This document shows positions 56,621-64,000 of a stretch of 64,000 nt of DNA, one piece after another; position 1 is the stretch's first letter; every line of letters starts with the position of its first letter. The notes under the pieces are model-generated. The model worked only from the letters and a program-made list of their open reading frames with translations, was not told the origin of the DNA and ran no database searches. Origin of the DNA: an uncultured Gammaproteobacteria bacterium (lineage in GTDB: Bacteria; Pseudomonadota; Gammaproteobacteria; Steroidobacterales; SZUA-146); contig CAWUKD010000003.1 in assembly GCA_963922815.1 (NCBI GenBank), forward strand, positions 1,718 to 65,717, read 5' to 3'. Position numbers and translations under genes: made by a program.

Positions 56621-56965
56621 TCAACGAACGGACCGATCAATCAGCTCAAGCAATCCGATATTCGCATCGTAATTTACGTTGGGTCGATTTGCATAAAAAC
56701 ACCGCCACCGAGTGAACCTCGAACCGATTGTTTGTTTATACACACAGTCAATGTGATCTTCTTTCTTTTGGACCGCGTTGTGCAAAGCGACGCGCTCTTT
56801 CACGTCGGCAGGATCAGCGCTCAGTGGATTCAGGCAGTGCACCACTTCCTGGGAGCCGTCCGTTTTCTCAATACACAAGAGGCCCGCCCGCTGTTTGGGC
56901 AACTCGGGTGACGTCGCGCACGCGCCAAGCAAACCGATCATAAAAGCAAGCAGTACTTTTTCCAT
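56621..56965 (-). CDS. Small hypothetical lipoprotein
   Basis: About 114 aa with the signal MEKVLLAFMIGLLGAC (lipobox LGAC) and four further Cys. I chose the ATG at 56965. Confidence 0.55.
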   Translation of the reverse strand: MEKVLLAFMIGLLGACATSPELPKQRAGLLCIEKTDGSQEVVHCLNPLSADPADVKERVALHNAVQKKEDHIDCVYKQTIGSRFTRWRCFYANRPNVNYDANIGLLELIDRSVR

Positions 56966-57132
56966 GTAGAACCATCCCTGTCCGAATTCAGGGTGCTCTC
57001 GCAACCCAAACTTTCAATACAACCAGCATACTCTTTTGAACGGCCCGTTCACAGCCAGACGATGTTTATACCGACAGCTTCCGCGAACTTCACCTGGCGC
57101 AAGCCCGGACAAGCACGGATCGACAACCCGCC

Positions 57133-58326
57133 CTAAGGCCTGGCGTAGTGTTCGGCAATGGCGCGAAACATTTCGATGGTTCGCATTCGCACACCAGGAT
57201 CGTTAAACGTGCGGTGCGCGGAATTCTTGACTACAACGACGCCCGCCGGTCGATTCACATAAATGTATTGACCGTAGATTCCGCCTGCAAAAAACTCACC
57301 GTTTGCATTGGGTGGTAACCACCACTGATAGCCATAACCCTGGCCCAGACTTTTCTTGCCGGGCGCGCTGTCAATGGTTGATTTGTAGGCCCAGGCTTTG
57401 GGAATTATCTGCTGGCCCTTCCAGTTGCCGCCCGTTCTGAACAATTCGCCAAACCGCGCGTAGTCTCGCGTTTGCATGTTGAGCCCGCCCAGCGCAAACG
57501 CCACGCCTTCGCCATCCGTCAGATAGTACGCATCACCATCGGTGCCCAGCGGCTGCCACAGTCGCTCTGATAAATAGTCGGTTAACGAAACTCCTGTAGC
57601 CGCGCGCAGCACCATCGCCAGCACGTGCGTGTCGATCGATACGTATTGCCACTGACTGCCCGCCGGCCGTTCCCGCTCAGTCAGGCTGGCCGCAAACTCA
57701 TCCATGGATGTGCCCAGTGCCAACACCCGCCCCATCTGGTTAATATCGCTGTCAAAGTCAAAGTAGTCTTCATTGAATGTGATACCACTGGACATGTGCA
57801 GCACGTCTTCGATCGCTACACCCGCATACGCCGAAGCGGACAGCGCGGGCACGTATTGATCAACGGGATCCCGCAAAGAGGCGATCTTGCCTTCATGCAC
57901 AGCAACGCCGAAAACGGCCGACAAGAATGACTTCGCCATAGACCACGATATGCGTAAGTCTTCCTGCGCCGTTCCCTGCCTGTACGATTCATTGACGATC
58001 GTGCCATTGCGAACCACTAGCAGCGCCGTCGTGGCCGTTTCATCGAGAAAGGCCTCAAGGCTTCCAACCTCACCCTCGTGGACAAAACTCACCGGCAGAG
58101 GAGCCACCTGCTTGTTCCAGGGGTCAGTAGGCTGGTTTCGCGACAGCGGCACCGAGAGCATGACATCGTCCATGTTGGAAAAGTTTTGGACGATCTTGTC
58201 GGCATCAAACAGAGTAATCACAGCGTAAAGACGCGTGAGTTTCTCGCGCTGAGTAAAACCGATGACCACACCCACCACCACAATCAGCAGCAAGGCGTAC
58301 GCCAGACCTTTCAGTAGCTTTTTCAT
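57133..58326 (-). CDS. Serine hydrolase, beta-lactamase/PBP4*-related family, N-terminally anchored
   Basis: 397 aa with an N-terminal TM helix and SWSMAKSF (an SxxK active-site motif). Confidence 0.8.
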   Translation of the reverse strand: MKKLLKGLAYALLLIVVVGVVIGFTQREKLTRLYAVITLFDADKIVQNFSNMDDVMLSVPLSRNQPTDPWNKQVAPLPVSFVHEGEVGSLEAFLDETATTALLVVRNGTIVNESYRQGTAQEDLRISWSMAKSFLSAVFGVAVHEGKIASLRDPVDQYVPALSASAYAGVAIEDVLHMSSGITFNEDYFDFDSDINQMGRVLALGTSMDEFAASLTERERPAGSQWQYVSIDTHVLAMVLRAATGVSLTDYLSERLWQPLGTDGDAYYLTDGEGVAFALGGLNMQTRDYARFGELFRTGGNWKGQQIIPKAWAYKSTIDSAPGKKSLGQGYGYQWWLPPNANGEFFAGGIYGQYIYVNRPAGVVVVKNSAHRTFNDPGVRMRTIEMFRAIAEHYARP

Positions 58327-58359
58327 ACACAGACTCCGGGCGACGTTTTTCAGGCGGTG

Positions 58360-59799
<1,440 letters not shown>

Positions 59800-59854
59800 T
59801 GAATATCAGGTCCTGATGCGGGAGCCGTGTCGACGATCCCGCGGACCGTTCGAG

Positions 59855-61036
59855 CTACGGTGTAGCCGGAGGGGTCGGGACTACGGCAGGCTTGGTAAAG
59901 GCGTAAAGCTCACCGCTGTCGTTTTGAACGTAAATCATGTCACCCATAACCAGCGGCGGCGCCGTGATGCCACTCTTGCCGGCGCGTGTGCGTGCCTGGA
60001 AGCTGCCGTCAATCGCGGAAATCCAGTGCAGATAACCTTCAAAATCCCCGACAACCACGGACGTGCCGAGTAGCGACGGTGCGCCCGCTGAGCGCCGTAT
60101 CAACTGATCCTGTTTCCAGTTCTGCACGCCGTTGCGCCGATCAAGCGCAATCAGTTCATCATCGATGGTCGTGACAAAGACCTGATTCCAGTCAACGGCC
60201 ACCGGGTAACGGCTCGACATATCCTGCGCCCACACCGGCTGCCCGGTCGGCAACGACATCAACATGGCGCGCCCCTGAAAACCAACTGCAAAGGCATCTT
60301 CACCGTTAATCGTAATACGTCCGTCGACATCGGCCAGTCGCTCAAACTCGTTGCGCCCGCGTCGCTCGGACACGGATCGCTCCCAGATAATCTGACCGGA
60401 CTGAATATCTACTGCCGCAATCTTGCCGTTATCGAAACCACTGACAACAGCACCCGACGCAAATACCGGTTCGGCATGACCGTAATAGGTAAGTCCCTGA
60501 ACCCGTCGATCTATATTCCACAGCTCCTGGCCGTTGCTGCCATCGAGTGCGGTGAGCTGGCCGTCGTTAGTACGCACAACAACCACTCGCGTGCTGACAG
60601 CTGGCGCCGCCAGTACCGAGCTGCTGACGTTGACTCGCCACACTGTGGACCCGTCGAGCAGCGACAACGCGATCACTTCGCCCTCCGCCGTGCCAACGGC
60701 AAGCAAATTGCCGCCGATTCCCGGACCACCCGATATCCCGGTGTTCTTGCCAAGGTCTGTTCGCCAGATCCGTTTTCCGGTGATTGCATCCAGCGCCGTG
60801 ATAACGCCATCGCTGGATGCTGCAAACACCCGCGCACCGTTACCGGCCGGAGCAAGCCCCGGGCGATTGATCGCTTTTGATCCACCCAACTTGGCGGACC
60901 AGGCCCTGGTCACCTCAATACTGGATTTGAGCGGTACGAGCTCCGCAGGTTCGAGTTCTATGTCCTTACTGTTTTGACACGCAGCGAGAGCCAGTGAAAT
61001 CAACAGAATCGACAATGACTTGTAAGCTGGTCTCAT
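59855..61036 (-). CDS. bamB: Outer membrane protein assembly factor BamB
   Basis: It has the lipobox LALAAC and PQQ-like beta-propeller repeats. The context is yfgM-bamB-der. Confidence 0.9.
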   Translation of the reverse strand: MRPAYKSLSILLISLALAACQNSKDIELEPAELVPLKSSIEVTRAWSAKLGGSKAINRPGLAPAGNGARVFAASSDGVITALDAITGKRIWRTDLGKNTGISGGPGIGGNLLAVGTAEGEVIALSLLDGSTVWRVNVSSSVLAAPAVSTRVVVVRTNDGQLTALDGSNGQELWNIDRRVQGLTYYGHAEPVFASGAVVSGFDNGKIAAVDIQSGQIIWERSVSERRGRNEFERLADVDGRITINGEDAFAVGFQGRAMLMSLPTGQPVWAQDMSSRYPVAVDWNQVFVTTIDDELIALDRRNGVQNWKQDQLIRRSAGAPSLLGTSVVVGDFEGYLHWISAIDGSFQARTRAGKSGITAPPLVMGDMIYVQNDSGELYAFTKPAVVPTPPATP

Positions 61037-61079
61037 AAACGCGTCTCAAATTATTCGAAAAAAAAGGCCCATGCCAACG

Positions 61080-61712
61080 CTAGTCGAGCGTCGCACCCAG
61101 GTCCTGCAATTTCATTTCAATAAAGCTGACATCGCCCAGTGGAACAGGATGATCCAGCGCCATCTTGTATTGCTCAACAGCCTTGTCGGTGTCACCGGCC
61201 GCCGCATACACGTCGCCCCGCAGCTCCTGATACAGCGGACTAAACTCGCCTTCGCTGCGCACGGTCAGTGTTGACGTCGCATCCTCAACCTTTCCGGCAG
61301 CCAGCTGAACTCTGGCCAGACGCAGTCGCGCTACGTGACCCAGCTCGGTGTTGCCCAGGCTGATCGCCTCTTTCAAAGTCGCAATAGCCGCGTCGTAATC
61401 TCCGGATTCGACGTGAACTTTAGCCAGCCCCAGCGCAGCCTGCGCGTCATAAGGGGTCGCAGAGTATTTGTCCTTCAGCTCGGAAGCCTTGGCGATTGCG
61501 GTGTCGCGATTGTTCTCGGTCACCGCAACTTTCAGCTCATCAAACACCGCCGAAGCCGTTGACGCACGTTCCTGCACAAAGTCCTTGTACCAGTTGTAGC
61601 CGAACAATATGCCGCCACCTGCTATAAGACCTGTGACAACAAATACCTTGTTGTCGTTCCACCAGTTCTTCAGCTTCTCAAATTCTTCTTCGTCTGTGTT
61701 GTATTCGCTCAC
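61080..61712 (-). CDS. yfgM: YfgM family (ancillary SecYEG translocon subunit-like) TPR protein
   Basis: 210 aa with an acidic N-terminus, a single TM helix (VFVVTGLIAGGGILFGY) and a TPR-like periplasmic domain. It lies between hisS and bamB. Confidence 0.85.
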   Translation of the reverse strand: MSEYNTDEEEFEKLKNWWNDNKVFVVTGLIAGGGILFGYNWYKDFVQERASTASAVFDELKVAVTENNRDTAIAKASELKDKYSATPYDAQAALGLAKVHVESGDYDAAIATLKEAISLGNTELGHVARLRLARVQLAAGKVEDATSTLTVRSEGEFSPLYQELRGDVYAAAGDTDKAVEQYKMALDHPVPLGDVSFIEMKLQDLGATLD

Positions 61713-61733
61713 GTCGTTCTTCCAGTTAATAGT

Positions 61734-63023
61734 CTAATCAGTGGTATCCGCGCCAAGCAGCGCCGACATATGTTGTTTGAGGTCGTCCCAGCCGACCAGC
61801 TCTTGTTCTTTCGCCGATGCTCTCAGCGGCTTTACCGCGACTTTGCGTTGTTCTACTTCGTCGTCGCCAAGTATCAGGGCAAATTCCGCCCCGCTTCGAT
61901 CCGCCGCACGCAGCTGGCTTTTGAAACTGCCAGCGGCTCCATGAGCCACCATGCGTACCGAAGGCAGCGCGTCCCTGAGTTTTTCCAGCAGTACGAAACC
62001 CGCGCGGGCGGCTGTTTCACCGACCGTCACGAGATACACCCTCGCGTCAGCGGTGGGGATTGTAGCATTGCTCAGGCTCAGGAGGGCGATCAAACGCTCC
62101 ATTCCCATGGCCCAGCCGATCGCAGGGGTGTCGCGCCCGCCCAGCTGCCCGACCAGGTGGTCATAACGCCCTCCGCCGCATACGGCGTTCTGCGCCCCGA
62201 GCTGATCGGTTTGCCACTCGAACACAACGCCCGTGTAGTAATCCAGCCCCCGTACGAGCCGCGGTTCCACCTCATAGGCGACCCCGGCGTCATCCAGTCG
62301 CGCCAGAACCGCGGCAAAATACGCCTGCTCTTCCTCAGTCAGAAAGTCCTGCATGCGCGGCGCCTGATTGATCAGTTCCTGCATTGACCCGGTCTTGCTA
62401 TCGAGGATGCGCAATGGATTGGTGTCCAGCCTTCGCAGGCTGTCCTCATCAAGCGCTTCCCGGTGTGCTCCGAAGTAGCGGCGCAGCTCTTCCGTGTAGC
62501 GCTTGCGACCGTCGCTGGCCCCGAGACAGTTGATTTTCAGGGCGAGCCCCTCCAGCTCAAGTTCGCCCCAGATCCGCGCCAGCATCAGCAGCATTTCAGC
62601 GTCGATATCCGGGCCTGCCAGTCCGTACGCCTCGGCACCTATCTGATAAAACTGTCGATAGCGGCCTTCCTGCGGTTTTTCGTACCGGAACATCGGCCCG
62701 TAGTAGTAAATTCGCCGGCGCTGATTGTGCAACAGCCCCCGGGTAATGCCTGCGCGGACGCAGCTCGCGGTAGCTTCGGGTCGTAAGCTGAGGCTCTCGC
62801 CTCCGCGGCTTTCAAACGTAAACATTTCCTTCGATACAATATCGGTCTCATCACCAATCGACCGTTTGAACAGCGCCGTCTTTTCCAGCATTGGCGTACG
62901 CAATTCATCGTATCCGTAGGACTCAAGAACACGCTTGATACGGGCTTCCGCCAGATGCCAGTACGGCATGTGCTCCGGCACAATATCGGGCATGCCTTTG
63001 ATCGGAGTAATTGCTTTGCTCAC
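61734..63023 (-). CDS. hisS: Histidine--tRNA ligase
   Basis: 429 aa with class II motifs (MFRYEKPQEGRYRQFYQ, GGGRYD). Confidence 0.95.
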   Translation of the reverse strand: MSKAITPIKGMPDIVPEHMPYWHLAEARIKRVLESYGYDELRTPMLEKTALFKRSIGDETDIVSKEMFTFESRGGESLSLRPEATASCVRAGITRGLLHNQRRRIYYYGPMFRYEKPQEGRYRQFYQIGAEAYGLAGPDIDAEMLLMLARIWGELELEGLALKINCLGASDGRKRYTEELRRYFGAHREALDEDSLRRLDTNPLRILDSKTGSMQELINQAPRMQDFLTEEEQAYFAAVLARLDDAGVAYEVEPRLVRGLDYYTGVVFEWQTDQLGAQNAVCGGGRYDHLVGQLGGRDTPAIGWAMGMERLIALLSLSNATIPTADARVYLVTVGETAARAGFVLLEKLRDALPSVRMVAHGAAGSFKSQLRAADRSGAEFALILGDDEVEQRKVAVKPLRASAKEQELVGWDDLKQHMSALLGADTTD

Positions 63024-63100
63024 CAGATGCGTCCTGACTGCGAATTATATAGGTTACTGCTGCCGGCCCTGTTGAATGACAGGCGCCGCAGGAAATGAAT

Positions 63101-63973
63101 TTATTGCGCCTGCTCGATTTGAAAACGCGCCGTGTTGCCCCTCATGGCGGTCACAGGAATGGCATAGGCCTCTCCGTTAACCTCAACGTCAACGGCACTC
63201 TGCCGACCGAGAAACACGTTTATCGGCGGCGGCCCGTTCAGGTATTTGACGGCCGCAGATTCTACCAGGCCGTACAGAAGCTTCTGTCGCTTGGCGTCGT
63301 AGACTTCGACCCATGAGTTGTCAGTAAAACGCAGCGTCACCGAGAGATTGTCGGTGGCCACTGCAACCGCACCAGACCCTTCTTCCTGCCTGACCTCAAC
63401 CGGCTCGGCCAGCTCGGGCGGAATCAACAGCGAATCCGCATTCGCTGCCGGTCCGTTCCGGGCAGGCGGCGCGTCAACCGCCGGGGCTTCAACCGGCTCC
63501 GGCGTTTCTACGTTGGTCGCCGCCAGAGCAGCCGATGCTGAAAAATTCAAATCGTCGCTGGATGCGCCAACGCTCGCCGGCTGTTCGGTGGGCTGCATAT
63601 ACCAGTAGATGATTCCACCAATGGCGCCAATCAGCGCGATGGCGATCAGCACGGGCACTACCCATCCCCAGGTTCGTTCATTGTGGTTTTGAGCCTGCAG
63701 CATCGAATCCGCCACCAAAGGAGGCTGTTCTCGCGACCCGCACACCTGATAGTAACCCACCATGAGATCGTCAGGCTCAATGCCCAGCAGTTTGGCGTAC
63801 TGGCGCAAATGCCCTTTTGCAAATACCGGGGCACCCAGCGCACTGTAGTCATCGCGTTCCAGCGCTTCGAGCATCCAGCGATCGAGATGCAGTTCTTTGC
63901 TGATCGCCTCCAGGGACTTGTCCTGGCTGTTGCGCGCTTTCTTCAGCGCTACACCGGGCGACAGATCATCCAC
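63101..63973 (-). CDS. rodZ: Cytoskeleton protein RodZ (HTH + TM + periplasmic domain)
   Basis: It has an N-terminal XRE-type HTH (LKKARNSQDKSLEAISKELHL), a central TM helix and a C-terminal DUF4115-like domain. It lies upstream of hisS. Confidence 0.8.
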   Translation of the reverse strand: MDDLSPGVALKKARNSQDKSLEAISKELHLDRWMLEALERDDYSALGAPVFAKGHLRQYAKLLGIEPDDLMVGYYQVCGSREQPPLVADSMLQAQNHNERTWGWVVPVLIAIALIGAIGGIIYWYMQPTEQPASVGASSDDLNFSASAALAATNVETPEPVEAPAVDAPPARNGPAANADSLLIPPELAEPVEVRQEEGSGAVAVATDNLSVTLRFTDNSWVEVYDAKRQKLLYGLVESAAVKYLNGPPPINVFLGRQSAVDVEVNGEAYAIPVTAMRGNTARFQIEQAQ

Positions 63974-64000
63974 AGCCTTTTTTTCAACCGAAGCTACGTC

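Overview
This is a 64-kb chromosomal window with gammaproteobacterial core-gene synteny and roughly 55-60% GC by eye. I found no rRNA, CRISPR array, transposase or integrase. All family assignments rest on motifs I recognise by reading the translations; no searches were run.

The core blocks are:
- parE-parC.
- A long minus-strand string glyA-nrdR-ribD-ribE-ribBA-ribH-nusB-thiL-pgpA.
- ettA.
- purL / mltF / tadA.
- guaB-guaA divergent from xseA.
- rodZ-hisS-yfgM-bamB-der.

Between these blocks sit non-core genes. The most interesting are:
1. A rubredoxin-less rubrerythrin + HdrD/GlpC-like CCG Fe-S protein + DUF3501 trio (4.6-7.2 kb), with a palindrome-rich divergent promoter.
2. Three dispersed eukaryote-like signalling parts. 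These are a Hanks Ser/Thr kinase fused to a cNMP-binding domain at the tail of the pgpA operon, a PP2C phosphatase heading a PP2C-DUF1820-MBL-purL string, and an output-less 914-aa AAA_16/TPR STAND-type NTPase tightly linked to folB. The kinase and the NTPase look AT-richer than their neighbours in spot counts.
3. A block of about 22 kb between xseA and der, which are near-adjacent in E. coli. It carries:
   - a quinohemoprotein PQQ alcohol dehydrogenase;
   - a translationally coupled TPR-lipoprotein/CRTAC1 pair;
   - a monocistronic VPLPA-CTERM sorting-signal protein behind a 660-nt non-coding leader;
   - a TPR-sulfotransferase;
   - an SDR with a signal peptide and a 14-bp x4 tandem repeat at its start codon;
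   - a MetX-like hydrolase overlapping an unknown 111-aa ORF;
   - a serine hydrolase split by a polytopic membrane insert.

One tRNA-Ser(CGA) gene, several intrinsic terminators and one orphan plus-strand terminator (a possible sRNA) are also visible.
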